Source of the DNA: a candidate division WOR-3 bacterium
GTDB taxonomy: Bacteria; Hydrothermota; Tepidihabitantia; Tepidihabitantales; Tepidihabitantaceae
Direction: 5' to 3'
Length of the DNA stretch: 64,000 nt
Assembly (NCBI GenBank): GCA_965649295.1
Contig: CBFGKH010000005.1
Location: forward strand, 1-64,000
This document shows positions 40,314 to 50,768 of the stretch, in pieces. The notes below the pieces were generated by a model. That model made no database searches and had not been told where the DNA came from. It was given only the letters and a program-made list of their open reading frames with translations. The translations under genes were made by a program, and so were the position numbers. Position 1 is the first letter of the stretch, and each line of letters begins with the position of its first letter.

Positions 40314-42766
40314 AACGACTGCTGCTGATTGACGGGCATTCGGTACTCTATCGTAGTTTCTATGCGTTCATTCACCGTCCATTGCGCAACGCCGACGGAC
40401 TCAACACTTCGGCGGTCTTCGGTTTTGCAAGACTACTGCGGCGGTTGCTGGCGGACTGGCAGCCGCGTTATGCGGCGGTTGTTCTCGATGCTCCGGGGGA
40501 GACTTTTCGTCATCGTCAATTTGCCGAATACAAGGTAAACCGACTAGCAGTCCCAGATGAATTGCGGCAGCAGATTCCGTTTGTCAAGGAGATTGTTACT
40601 GCCTGGGGCCTGACCTACCTTGAGCAACCGGGCGTTGAGGCTGACGATGTTTTAGCTTCGGCTGCGCGGCAGGCGGTTGCGGCCGGCATTCCTTCAGTAG
40701 TAGTTGTCTCTAGCGATAAGGACCTTCTGCAGTTAGTCAACGACCGGGTCGTCGTCCATGATCCTTGGAAAGGTGTAACTTATGGAGCGGCCGAAGTTAA
40801 GGAGCGTCTTGGTGTTGCGCCGACACAGGTGCCAGACCTGCTGGCCCTGATGGGTGATGCGTCCGACAATATTCCTGGTGTGCCAGGAATCGGCCCCAAG
40901 CGAGCGGTCGAGATCATAAGGCAGTACGGCTCACTGGCTCAGGCGCTGGCCACAGAGCAGCGGGTTCGGGCCCATGCGGACGCTGCGAAACTTGGTCTGA
41001 AGCTGGCGACTGTCAATGACCAGGTTGAGCTAGCAGTTCGTCTTGATGACCTGCGGCTACGTCCGCCTGACCGTGAACGGCTGGCAGCCAGCTACCGACT
41101 GTTGGGTTTTAGTGAATTGCTCCGTGACCTGCAAGTGCAGCCGGAAACGCGAGTGACCGAGGTGAAGGAACGGCTACTCGAACCGAACGTTGTTGTCATG
41201 GAGCTCAACCAGGATGGTGGCATCTCGGTTCTTGATAGTAGTGGAGCGATTCAGTGTTTGGACCTGGCCGAGGCGACAACCGCTGAGTGGCTACACCAGG
41301 AGAATATCCAGAAAGTTGGTTTCGACTTGAAGCCTCAACTGAAACATCTGTGGCAGTCCGGTTTGGATGTGCGGGGGCCGTTGTTCGACGTGAAGGTCGC
41401 GGCGTGGCTTGTTGATCCCAACCGCGGTCAATACCAATTACGCCAGTTCAGTCCTGACAACCAGTCGCCGCAGGCAACTGAGGAACGGCTGCATCTGATG
41501 GCGCAGGCCTGGTGCGATCTGCGCAACCGAATTGTTGCTAGTCGACTTGAAGATGTGTGCAACAAGATTGAGATGCCACTGATTCCGGTGTTGGCAAGAA
41601 TGGAGCAACGTGGCATCAGAGTTGATACTGAGCTGCTGGCTAGGATCGAGGGGGACCTCGAGACAGAGGCAAAGGCGCTGCAGCAGAGTATCTACGAGCA
41701 GGCAGGCATTGAGTTCAATCTAAACTCGCCTAAACAACTTGGTGAAGTACTGTTCGGTCGACTCGGTTTGCCCAAGGGCCGAAAGACAAGTTCCGGTTTC
41801 TCAACCGACGCCGACGTTCTTGAACGACTGCGGCATCGGCACCCGGTCGTTGGCTTGCTACTGCGATACCGTGAGCTTGTCAAGCTGACGCGGACCTATA
41901 CGCGACCGCTGTGTAACGCGGTTGACCCGGCGACCGGCCGTGTGCATGCAACTTTCGAACAAACCGGCACTGCCACAGGGCGTCTTGCTGCCGCCAGACC
42001 CAATCTGCAGAACATCCCGGTGCGGACGCCAGCAGGCGCCAGGTTACGTCGGGCATTCGTAGCTGATCCAGGTAACCTGCTGATTTCGGCTGACTATTCC
42101 CAGATTGAGCTGCGAGTACTAGCTCATTTGTCCAGCGATGAGGCATTGATTGGTGCGTTTAGTCGTAATGAGGACATTCACATTTCTACTGCGGCAGCAG
42201 TATTGAACATTCCAACCGGAGCAGTGACCCAGGAACAGAGGCGTCTGGCCAAGGTCATCAACTATGGTTTGGTATATGGTATGGGTGAGAGATTGCTGGC
42301 TGCTGAGGCAGGCGTCAGCATTGAGGAGGCGCGAGCTTTCCTAACGGCACATCTTGCTCGATTTGCCGGAGTTGTTGAATGGCGAGAAAAGCTACTGGCT
42401 GAGGCAGCGCGGACCGGGGTAGTTCGCACTCTTTCGGGCCGGATGCGGCCAGTCCCGGGGATTACTGATCGTAATAGTAACGTGGCCGAAATGACTAAAC
42501 GAGCAGCCGTAAGCACAGCGGTGCAAGGCTCGGCAGCAGATATCGTCAAACTAGCGATGCTGCGAATTGAGGCGAAGCTGGGCGGGGCTGGCGTTCGACC
42601 GGGGATGATACTGCAGGTTCACGATGAGTTGCTTTTTGAGGTGTCGGCAGAACAGGCAGACTGGGTGGCAGAAGTTGCGCGGACCGAAATGGAAAGTGCC
42701 TGGTCGCTGACCGTGCCATTGCAAGTGGTAGTTCAGATTGGTAGTAACTGGGGAGAGATACACTGA
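40310..42766 (+). CDS. polA: DNA polymerase I
   Basis: 5'-3' exonuclease (LIDGHS, EADD, GDASDNIPGV); polymerase motifs DYSQIELR and QVHDEL. Confidence 0.95.
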   Translation: MKRLLLIDGHSVLYRSFYAFIHRPLRNADGLNTSAVFGFARLLRRLLADWQPRYAAVVLDAPGETFRHRQFAEYKVNRLAVPDELRQQIPFVKEIVTAWGLTYLEQPGVEADDVLASAARQAVAAGIPSVVVVSSDKDLLQLVNDRVVVHDPWKGVTYGAAEVKERLGVAPTQVPDLLALMGDASDNIPGVPGIGPKRAVEIIRQYGSLAQALATEQRVRAHADAAKLGLKLATVNDQVELAVRLDDLRLRPPDRERLAASYRLLGFSELLRDLQVQPETRVTEVKERLLEPNVVVMELNQDGGISVLDSSGAIQCLDLAEATTAEWLHQENIQKVGFDLKPQLKHLWQSGLDVRGPLFDVKVAAWLVDPNRGQYQLRQFSPDNQSPQATEERLHLMAQAWCDLRNRIVASRLEDVCNKIEMPLIPVLARMEQRGIRVDTELLARIEGDLETEAKALQQSIYEQAGIEFNLNSPKQLGEVLFGRLGLPKGRKTSSGFSTDADVLERLRHRHPVVGLLLRYRELVKLTRTYTRPLCNAVDPATGRVHATFEQTGTATGRLAAARPNLQNIPVRTPAGARLRRAFVADPGNLLISADYSQIELRVLAHLSSDEALIGAFSRNEDIHISTAAAVLNIPTGAVTQEQRRLAKVINYGLVYGMGERLLAAEAGVSIEEARAFLTAHLARFAGVVEWREKLLAEAARTGVVRTLSGRMRPVPGITDRNSNVAEMTKRAAVSTAVQGSAADIVKLAMLRIEAKLGGAGVRPGMILQVHDELLFEVSAEQADWVAEVARTEMESAWSLTVPLQVVVQIGSNWGEIH

Positions 42767-42767
42767 G

Positions 42768-43886
42768 ATGTCTGAGCCGATTAGGGTTCTGGTTTCGGTG
42801 GGGACGCGGCCTGAGGCAATCAAGCTGGCTCCGGTGATTAGGACATTGCGTGGACAGCGTCGCTTCCGCGTCAGCGTGCTGGCAACTGCCCAGCATCGCG
42901 AGATGCTTGATGATGTGCTCGATGTCTTCCAGATCCGACCGGACTATGACCTTGATATTATGCGACATCGTCAATCGCTAACCGATGTGACGATTCGAGC
43001 GATGAGCGGCTTGGGTCGGATTATTGATGATCTACAGCCGCGCCTGTTGGTTGTGCAGGGTGACACGACCACTGCCTTTGCCTGTGCGCTGGTTGCATTC
43101 TATCGGCAGGTGAGGGTGGCACACGTCGAGGCCGGCTTGCGGACTTTCGACAAGTTCGCTCCTTTCCCGGAGGAAATGAACCGGCGATTGATCAGTGCGC
43201 TCGCAGATTTCCATTTTGCGCCAACGCCCCAGGCTCGGACCAACCTGCTAGCTGAGGGTGTCAACCGGCGGCGGATTTGGCTCACTGGTAACACGGTTGT
43301 TGATGCATTGCGTTACATCAGCCGACAGAGACAGTGCCGGCTGCCATCAGCACTAAGGGGCATTCGTGCCGATGCGAGAATCGTGCTTGTGACTGCGCAC
43401 CGGCGCGAGAATTTCGGTCCCGGGCTAGATGGAATCTGTCAGGCCCTGCTGGAACTGGCACGGACTCGGCAAGACATAACGATAGTCTATCCGGTTCATC
43501 CTAATCCCAATGTGCAGCAGCCGGTGCGAAGGTTGCTAGCTAGGCAGCCGCGGATACTCTTGTTGCCGCCGCAGAGCTATCCGAGTTTCGTCGCCTTGCT
43601 CAGACGTTCGTGGTTGATTCTAACTGATTCGGGCGGGATCCAAGAGGAGGCAACTGTGCTCGGTAAGCCGGTGCTCGTCCTGCGCGACAAGACCGAGCGA
43701 CCAGAGGCAGTTGCTGCTGGCGTCGCGCGGGTGGTTGGCACTAGACCACAAGCAGTAGTTGCGGCGGCTACCCGGTTGCTTGCAACCGGAAAGGCAGACA
43801 AGGTGAGATTACTTCACAAGAGTCCATTTGGCGATGGACGTGCTGCCGAACGTATCGCAGCCATACTGCTTCGCGAGCTGCGCTAG
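42768..43886 (+). CDS. wecB: UDP-N-acetylglucosamine 2-epimerase
   Basis: GTRPEAIK, QGDTTT, HVEAGLRT, HRREN, DSGGIQEE. Confidence 0.95.
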   Translation: MSEPIRVLVSVGTRPEAIKLAPVIRTLRGQRRFRVSVLATAQHREMLDDVLDVFQIRPDYDLDIMRHRQSLTDVTIRAMSGLGRIIDDLQPRLLVVQGDTTTAFACALVAFYRQVRVAHVEAGLRTFDKFAPFPEEMNRRLISALADFHFAPTPQARTNLLAEGVNRRRIWLTGNTVVDALRYISRQRQCRLPSALRGIRADARIVLVTAHRRENFGPGLDGICQALLELARTRQDITIVYPVHPNPNVQQPVRRLLARQPRILLLPPQSYPSFVALLRRSWLILTDSGGIQEEATVLGKPVLVLRDKTERPEAVAAGVARVVGTRPQAVVAAATRLLATGKADKVRLLHKSPFGDGRAAERIAAILLRELR

Positions 43887-44128
43887 GGCGGTCATCGAGC
43901 AAGAAAAGAACAACTGGTTCGATGCCTCAGCGAGCGCGGCCAGGCAGGCCGGATAGAAGTTGGGGCAATGGCTGTGGTTTCGGCGAGTTGCGAGGTTGGC
44001 TTGAGAATTGGTCCAGTCACTTTCGCCGATGCTTACCTGGTGGCGCGAACTGGAGTATCGTCCGTTGTCGATTCTAATACTTGCCTGTAAGCATTTGCTC
44101 TAACAGGATTTGAATGTCATTGGGCTAC

Positions 44129-44234
44129 TCTGACCGAAGGGCCGCATCAGGCGCTGGCGGGGATGAGAGCAGCGGCTCACCCACTGGTTGTACCACTGAC
44201 CATTCCGGGGACAGTCCCGGGGGTGGGCGTCAGA
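44129..44234. ncRNA. Candidate structured RNA, family unassigned
   Basis: Nested complementary stems in a 600-nt intergenic region (see findings). Confidence 0.3.
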
Positions 44235-44487
44235 AAATTAGCTGGTTGTCTAACTTGCTGATGCTATGTTGGTTGCGTCGTGCAAGATTGGGGGATTGTT
44301 GTATACTATGTGGTACACAGAAGGATTGTCGCCATGGTCGCTCGGCTGCTAGCGCATGGGGCGGTTTGTGAGAGATACGACATTGGGGTTGAGCGACTAG
44401 TGTGGGGAGAAGGTTTTCGATTCTGAAGTGAGGTTGGGTTAGCTGTTGCTTGACTTGGGCGGAAGTGGTAATAAGCTGATAGCAAGC

Positions 44488-46404
44488 ATGGACGAGCTCG
44501 TCCGCAGTTTCCATACACATCTGAATCGGCGCGAGTATGACCAGATGGAGAGCGTCTGGCTCGAGCTGATTGATTCTGGTTTACCACTGGAACGGTTGCT
44601 CGACCTAGTCGAGGCAGCTCGGCGGCATGGGCCGGAAGGCAGAGCCCCGGTCTTGTTGTCGGTGTTGGCAGCCTCTCTCGGTGAGAGGGGTAATTGTGTA
44701 GACCAGTTACGAGTACTGCGGCGTCAAGCTGAGCTGATGCCAGATAGTGCGCCGCTGGCGAGTGAGATTGCGCGCTGCCTGCAGCGGTTGCACAAGGACA
44801 TACCTGATCTCGAGCAGTTGCTGCACAAGGCAGGGATTGGTTACGGTCAGTCGCTGAAGACGGCGTTGCCTAAGCTCGATCAGTATCTTTCGTTCTTACC
44901 GGGCAAGCCGGTGCTGGATCCGGATCGTGGACCTGGCCGCGTGAAGAGACTCGATCTGCTGCTGGACCGTGTTACGGTTGATTTTGATATGGGCGCTGAG
45001 TTGACATGGGTCATCGGGGCAGCGGCAAGGCGTCTGCGCGTCCCTGCCGTTGACGGCTATTTCGCTGGTCTGTTGCAGGATCGATCGAAACTGGTGCAGC
45101 TCGCTGCTGATGACCCCGGTCGGCTGGTTGCGTTGTACTTGCGTGACGTCGGGGTTGCTCAGAGTGTGCGGCAGATTCAGGATGGGTTGGCGCAGGTTGT
45201 GTCGCAATCGGCCTGGGACTCATTCTGGAACCGAGCACGGGGCGAGTTAGGCCGAAATCCCCACGTTGTTGTCCGAACTACACCAGTTCGGACCTATCAG
45301 TGGACTGACACTCCTCAGGCAGGAGCGGCTGAAGCTCGGGAACGAGCTAACAGGTTGGTCAGGCAGCGGGTGACAAGCGACGAGCTTGCGGCAATCGCTC
45401 CGGAAAAGGTAGTGAGCGAGTTCGGCAGGCTAAAGACATTCGCTGAACGAAAGCAGTTCATTGACACGTTGGTCGCGGCCCGACCCGATGATTGGCCAGA
45501 AATACTGGCCGCGTTGTTTCGGACAGGCGTTGATGGTCGAGTCCGTTCGTTGATCGAGAGGCAGTTGGCAAGTACCAAACCGGTTCTCTGGGAGCAACTG
45601 TTTGAGTCAGCATTGACGAGTTATCGACAAAATCCGGATGCGTTTGTCTGGTTGGTCGAGCATGAGCAGCGGGCAAAGGTGGCGACGGCGCGAGGACTGC
45701 TCTCGCGATTGCTCGATCTGTTAGAATCAGATCTGTACAAGTCGCACTGGACTAAGTTGCGCAACGCGCTGGTTGCCGGCAACTATCGGCTGCTGACCGA
45801 AGCTTTGGCTGAGATGAGTGAGGTTGATGCTAGCCGACTGGTGGCGAGGCTACGGCGAATTAGGTTACTGGAGGGTTTTCGAGCCGACGAAATGGTAGCG
45901 ATTCTTGCGGAACATTTTCCCAGCCTGCGGCAGCAGGACGATGAGGATGTGGTGCAGACGACGGCGGCCGGTCTGGCGCGGGCCAAGCAGGAGCTGCGAC
46001 AGATGACCGAGGTTGAGATACCACAGGTCGCAGAGGAGATAGCCCGGGCTCGGGCACACGGCGACTTGAGCGAGAACTACGAGTATAAGGCAGCAAAGGA
46101 GAAGCAGGCGCGGTTGATGGGACGTGCGAAAACTCTGCGGGACGAGATAGCCCGGGCTCGGGTGGTGGAACCGGGAGAGGTTGATACGTCGGAAGTTGGA
46201 TTTGGCTGTCGAGTGCGGTTGACCGATGACGAGGGTAAGGAATCGGTTTATACGATACTTGGGCCGTGGGATACCAATCCGGATGCCGGCGTGATTTCGG
46301 CTGGATCGCCGCTCGCCTTACTGCTGATTGGTCGCAAGGTCGGCGAGACCCTCGAGACTGGTGGTCGCCGATTGACGATTGCGGCGATTGAGCCGGCCTT
46401 ATAG
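44488..46404 (+). CDS. greA: GreA family elongation factor with a long N-terminal extension
   Basis: C-terminal ARAHGDLSENYEY, YTILGPWD and ISAGSPLA; about 480 aa of helical N-terminal region. Confidence 0.85.
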   Translation: MDELVRSFHTHLNRREYDQMESVWLELIDSGLPLERLLDLVEAARRHGPEGRAPVLLSVLAASLGERGNCVDQLRVLRRQAELMPDSAPLASEIARCLQRLHKDIPDLEQLLHKAGIGYGQSLKTALPKLDQYLSFLPGKPVLDPDRGPGRVKRLDLLLDRVTVDFDMGAELTWVIGAAARRLRVPAVDGYFAGLLQDRSKLVQLAADDPGRLVALYLRDVGVAQSVRQIQDGLAQVVSQSAWDSFWNRARGELGRNPHVVVRTTPVRTYQWTDTPQAGAAEARERANRLVRQRVTSDELAAIAPEKVVSEFGRLKTFAERKQFIDTLVAARPDDWPEILAALFRTGVDGRVRSLIERQLASTKPVLWEQLFESALTSYRQNPDAFVWLVEHEQRAKVATARGLLSRLLDLLESDLYKSHWTKLRNALVAGNYRLLTEALAEMSEVDASRLVARLRRIRLLEGFRADEMVAILAEHFPSLRQQDDEDVVQTTAAGLARAKQELRQMTEVEIPQVAEEIARARAHGDLSENYEYKAAKEKQARLMGRAKTLRDEIARARVVEPGEVDTSEVGFGCRVRLTDDEGKESVYTILGPWDTNPDAGVISAGSPLALLLIGRKVGETLETGGRRLTIAAIEPAL

Positions 46405-46407
46405 CAG

Positions 46408-47037
46408 TTGCCAGTCTTCCTGCGACCCGACAGTGCCGGCATCAACCAGGCCGCTGCTGTGCTGCGGGACGGTGGTGTTGTCGTATTCCCCACAGAAACA
46501 GTCTATGGCATTGGTGTTGACCTGTTCAATGTTGCTGCAGTGCGACGGCTCTTTGAAATCAAAAGTCGTCCCTTGGGCATGCCGCTGCTGGCGCATTGCG
46601 CTAATGAGGCGCAGATGCGTCAACTCGCAGCTTCGGTCGGAGTGGCAGCGGAACGGCTGATAGCTCGTTACTGGCCAGGTCCGCTAGCATTGGTGTTTTT
46701 GGCAGACGCGGCTGTGCCGTCAGTTGTCACCGCTGGTACCAGGACGATCGGTATTAGGATGGTTGCGCATCCAGCTGCCAGGGCGATGATCAGCAGTCTT
46801 GGTAACGCAGTGGCTGGTACGAGTGCCAATTTTCATGGGCAACCGGCGACGAGTCAATTCGCGGCACTTGACTCGCAGTTGCTGGACAGGGTGGACGCAG
46901 TGATTGATGCTGGCGTGTGCGGTGATGACGTACCGTCAACTGTTGTTGACGTCACTGCCGAATTGCCGCGTGTCATTCGTCGGGGCGCTGTCAGTTGCGA
47001 CGAACTTGCGGAAATTGTCAAATTGCGGTTAGGCTGA
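46408..47037 (+). CDS. tsaC: Threonylcarbamoyl-AMP synthase (YrdC/Sua5)
   Basis: FPTETVYG, KSRP, WPGPL, TSAN, PSTVVD. Confidence 0.92.
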   Translation: MPVFLRPDSAGINQAAAVLRDGGVVVFPTETVYGIGVDLFNVAAVRRLFEIKSRPLGMPLLAHCANEAQMRQLAASVGVAAERLIARYWPGPLALVFLADAAVPSVVTAGTRTIGIRMVAHPAARAMISSLGNAVAGTSANFHGQPATSQFAALDSQLLDRVDAVIDAGVCGDDVPSTVVDVTAELPRVIRRGAVSCDELAEIVKLRLG

Positions 47038-47052
47038 CTGGTTTTCTGCTAG

Positions 47053-48633
47053 TTACTGGTATCGATACTCCAGACGCAGGGAAAAGTTAATCCCGTCCCG
47101 CCTACTGCCTGGCAATCCCTGGTAATTGCGGCTGGTCCAGATGGTCATGTCACCAACAAGCCGCAGGCTGTATCCGAGGAGAATCTCAACCGACGGCAGT
47201 AGGCGTAAGGCCTGTTCGACCTGCCAGTCGGCGCCGAGTGTATCGCCAGTCACGCTGATACCACGAGCTGGGAACTCAGTTGGTAAAGATTCACCGAAGA
47301 AGAAGCTGCGGCGCAAAAAATCGCCGCGGTTATAGAATCCGCGACGTGTATAATCACCCCCCAACGTCAGCCGTAACCAGGAGAACACGGTGAGACGCAG
47401 CGAGCCATAGAGCTGGTCAGCATCGGGGCCAAGGGGGTGTCCAAGCGGTACCTGCCAGTTCTCATAGGCGAGATTGTGTTTGCGATGGTAGTAGGTGAAA
47501 GGGGTGACGCGAGTGTACTCGAGGCGTGTCTCAACTGGGACCAGTGGCACCCAGTAGGCACCGAGCTGTAGTCCGTAGGCGTTGGGCGCATCGCGGCGGG
47601 TATTGAACTCGAAGTTGTCGAGAAAGAGCTGGACGTAGGTCTTGGTCTGCGGAAGGTAAACGGTGACATCCCAACCGATGAGGAAATTCTCGCCATGGCC
47701 AAGGGTGGCAGTGGTCAGGTAGATGGGGATGAGTGGATTGATGAGGCCGGCCAGTTCGTAGGGGTGGAGCGAGTCCCAGGACGCGATTGCCATCATCGCA
47801 CCGCCGAATGTCACCCGATCGGCAACTGATAGCTCCAGTCGCTGGGCCGAAAGAAAACGCGGTAGGGTCTGCCAGCGCGAGAGGAAAGCCGAGAAACTAT
47901 AGAACCGAAAGTTCGGGAAGACTGCTGCCAATTGGAGATTGTTTAGAGACGGTGCGTCGTCATCGAGCATCAGCGAACCAGTATAGCCTGGTCCCCAGTA
48001 GAACTCGTCGCGGCCGAAGGCTACGCGTAGCCATGGCGTCTTGAATGCCAAGTAAGCCTCTTCAGTTGCAAGGGTAACCAGCCCGCGCCAGGGAGTGAGT
48101 CGGGTACCAGGCAAATGCACGCCGGCCGAGTCGTTGACGACCGTTGAATCAGGCCGAAAGAGCGTCAGCTCAGAGCGGTTATAGAAGGCGAACCGATCAG
48201 CGGGCTGGTTGTCGAGCACGCTGCCGAGCGAAATTGATTGGTGTTGTCGCGAAGCGAAACCCCGGGAGAAGATGTCGAATCGCGCCGCCTCGTTAGGGCC
48301 TGCCGGTACCGGTAGCACTAAGATTGGGCGACGACTCCAACCGGATGACGGATGGGGCAGCTCGTCGCCAAACTCGGCAAGTAGTCGTTCAAGGGCCGAC
48401 TGCACGGCAAGGTTCGGGTGCCGGTGGCGAGCGATCGATTCGGCTTCGGTCAGCAGACGAACAGCCTCAGCCTTGGTCCAGGGCCTACTGCTAGGCGGTA
48501 GCGAGTGGAAGAGACCGGCGGTCCGCAGTAGATCGAAGTCATCGTAGAGGCGCGAGTCAGTCGGTATGTGGATAAGACTTCCGGCCAAGCTTACGGTAAA
48601 AGCCGCAAGGAGCGCGGGACACAAGCGGGTCAC
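47053..48633 (-). CDS. Capsule assembly Wzi-family outer-membrane protein
   Basis: Signal peptide, RPWT, FGRDEFYWGPG…SLML…APS, LGHPLGPDAD, C-terminal aromatic residues. Confidence 0.7.
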   Translation of the reverse strand: MTRLCPALLAAFTVSLAGSLIHIPTDSRLYDDFDLLRTAGLFHSLPPSSRPWTKAEAVRLLTEAESIARHRHPNLAVQSALERLLAEFGDELPHPSSGWSRRPILVLPVPAGPNEAARFDIFSRGFASRQHQSISLGSVLDNQPADRFAFYNRSELTLFRPDSTVVNDSAGVHLPGTRLTPWRGLVTLATEEAYLAFKTPWLRVAFGRDEFYWGPGYTGSLMLDDDAPSLNNLQLAAVFPNFRFYSFSAFLSRWQTLPRFLSAQRLELSVADRVTFGGAMMAIASWDSLHPYELAGLINPLIPIYLTTATLGHGENFLIGWDVTVYLPQTKTYVQLFLDNFEFNTRRDAPNAYGLQLGAYWVPLVPVETRLEYTRVTPFTYYHRKHNLAYENWQVPLGHPLGPDADQLYGSLRLTVFSWLRLTLGGDYTRRGFYNRGDFLRRSFFFGESLPTEFPARGISVTGDTLGADWQVEQALRLLPSVEILLGYSLRLVGDMTIWTSRNYQGLPGSRRDGINFSLRLEYRYQ

Positions 48634-48635
48634 TG

Positions 48636-49289
48636 TTAGCGGATAACTCCCAGCCAGTCGCGCAGCAGGAACTGGAACCGGCCGATGAGCAATGACATTC
48701 TGGCCATTACCGTGTAGCCAAACGAAGCGCCGAACCCAACCATCAAGAAAACGATGCCGGTTTCCGACGCGATGCGCAAGGCGCCTTTGTGTTCTTTAGA
48801 GAAGAAAAAATAGACCACCGAACAGATTACGCCGATGAACGAAATGATAGCCCAGAGCAGTACATCCCAACGTTGAAAGATGCCTGGCGTGAGTAGTGAC
48901 CCCTGAATCTGTTTGAGGATACTAGCTTGGAAGATGGCTGGGATGGCAATGCCCGAGCCCCAGCCGAGAACAAAAGCCATCGGGAAACGCACGAACCACG
49001 AAACCCGGGGTATGAAGCGGCAGAAATAGCAGAGTCCGAGCAGCAGTGGCAACACCAAGAGGAGCTTCTGGCCTAGTGGCACAGCCGAGAGCGGTTTCAG
49101 AAAGAGCGGGTCGAACAAGTCAGGATAGACCGAGTTGTACCAGGTCAGGGCAATGGTGTAACCGACCGACACGCCCACGAACAGGTGCTCGCAGAACTTG
49201 TAGAATGGATTGTCGCGCCAGAGGAATGAGAAGATGCCGAGTGTAAGGATTGCGGCAATCCAGGTCAGGAAACTGTGCGAAAGTTGCAT
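48636..49289 (-). CDS. Uncharacterised multi-pass membrane protein
   Basis: About 6 TM segments; SFLWRDNPFY…EHLFVG, YFFFS, FGASFGYTVMAR. Confidence 0.8.
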   Translation of the reverse strand: MQLSHSFLTWIAAILTLGIFSFLWRDNPFYKFCEHLFVGVSVGYTIALTWYNSVYPDLFDPLFLKPLSAVPLGQKLLLVLPLLLGLCYFCRFIPRVSWFVRFPMAFVLGWGSGIAIPAIFQASILKQIQGSLLTPGIFQRWDVLLWAIISFIGVICSVVYFFFSKEHKGALRIASETGIVFLMVGFGASFGYTVMARMSLLIGRFQFLLRDWLGVIR

Positions 49290-50132
49290 CTAGCTCCTCC
49301 GTGTTCGGGTGGCAAAATAGGCGATATTGCCAATGAGAACAAGCAGCAGGATAACGACGTGAGCTAGGCTCTGGGAGTCCATCGCTGCGACTGCTGGCAT
49401 TGAGGCATGGCTGTAACCGGCTCTTGATACGAGAATCTCGTATTCAGCGCCGCCCTTCATTCCGGCAAGCAGGCCAGTGAGTTGGCCGGTTTGGAGAAAC
49501 GGGTAGGCATCGGCAGCCGACACCGCAGTGACGCCTGCCCCGACCTTCATTCCGTAGCGAGTCTGTGCATAGAGTAACCAGTCGGTGTAGCCAGGTGTGC
49601 CAGCTGAGATAGAGACTGCTATTGGGATGTCGCGTAGCCGCAGGACTTCGTTCATCAGCGGCAGCGAGTCGAGGGGATGGCCGTAGAAGTCAACCGGGAA
49701 TACGCTCTTGATGTTTTCACCCATGCCAAGGATAACAGCATCAACTCCGGCTTTCCAGCCGAGATAAACGATGTCTTTACCGTAGGTCTTGTTGAATTCA
49801 GGCGGAATGGTCTGCGTTGCTCGATCAGCCAGACCAGAACCGGGTAGCCATAATCCGGTCACCAGCACTTTTAGGTCTTTGGCGAATGCGTGACGCATGA
49901 TTGCCGTGAGCATTGGATAGAGTTCGGGCATCGAGCTTGGGTCGAAGTCCACCGATAGCAGAACCGTTTTGCCCGCCGGCAGAGCATCAATCGCTTCGAA
50001 GAGGGCGCGGGCGCGTGGGCCAGAAGAGACGCCGAGCCCAAGTGGCCGAAAGAGCGGAAACATAACGAGCGCCGCCATCAGCAGATAGATAATTCGGCGA
50101 TCAATGCGCAGCAATGCGTTGAGAAACTTCAT
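49290..50132 (-). CDS. Uncharacterised membrane protein (two TM segments flanking an alpha/beta domain)
   Basis: [39 protein letters not shown]. Confidence 0.8.
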   Translation of the reverse strand: MKFLNALLRIDRRIIYLLMAALVMFPLFRPLGLGVSSGPRARALFEAIDALPAGKTVLLSVDFDPSSMPELYPMLTAIMRHAFAKDLKVLVTGLWLPGSGLADRATQTIPPEFNKTYGKDIVYLGWKAGVDAVILGMGENIKSVFPVDFYGHPLDSLPLMNEVLRLRDIPIAVSISAGTPGYTDWLLYAQTRYGMKVGAGVTAVSAADAYPFLQTGQLTGLLAGMKGGAEYEILVSRAGYSHASMPAVAAMDSQSLAHVVILLLVLIGNIAYFATRTRRS

Positions 50133-50758
50133 GACTTACCTCCGCCCAGCCAGCCGCGCTCAATTCCGAGAATGACTTTGAGCGAAGTCGCGATGCTCCC
50201 GAGGGCCACGCCGAAGAGAATCGCCCGCTTGGCGGCCATGTTGGGCACGGAGAGGATCCATTCGGCTAGGTCAGGTAGCCGACCCCAGATGGCAGCGCCG
50301 ACCGGCACCATGCCCAACATTACGATAAAGGCAGCAATGAGCAGAAGTGCTGCTTCTTTGGTGCGGGCACGGAAAGCGCGATAGGCAGCAGAGGCCATGT
50401 AGAAGGCGAGGATAGCAAACATCGAGGCGTTGAGCGGAACCAGTAGATTAGTGAAGATGATGTCCTGCAAGATTGATCCCGGTTTGACACCCCAGCCGAG
50501 ACCAATGACTGCTGTCGCGATCATTGCTAGCAGCGTGACAATCGAGTATATCCAGCCTGGACGCCGTCGTTGCATCCGGTCGAGGTGGTACATAATCAGG
50601 CTACCGGCGCCGAGCACTAGGGCGAATGCCGATACGATACGCACCCATTTGGTGGTTAGATCGTAGAAGCCGACCGAGACCGGATGAGGAACAAAGAACT
50701 GTACCATCATCGCAATACCCATGAAGAGGCAGACAGCAAGCGGTATCGTCCGTTTCAT
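50129..50758 (-). CDS. Uncharacterised multi-pass membrane protein
   Basis: About 6 TM segments; [25 protein letters not shown]. Confidence 0.8.
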   Translation of the reverse strand: MKRTIPLAVCLFMGIAMMVQFFVPHPVSVGFYDLTTKWVRIVSAFALVLGAGSLIMYHLDRMQRRRPGWIYSIVTLLAMIATAVIGLGWGVKPGSILQDIIFTNLLVPLNASMFAILAFYMASAAYRAFRARTKEAALLLIAAFIVMLGMVPVGAAIWGRLPDLAEWILSVPNMAAKRAILFGVALGSIATSLKVILGIERGWLGGGKS

Positions 50759-50768
50759 CAGTGCCTCC

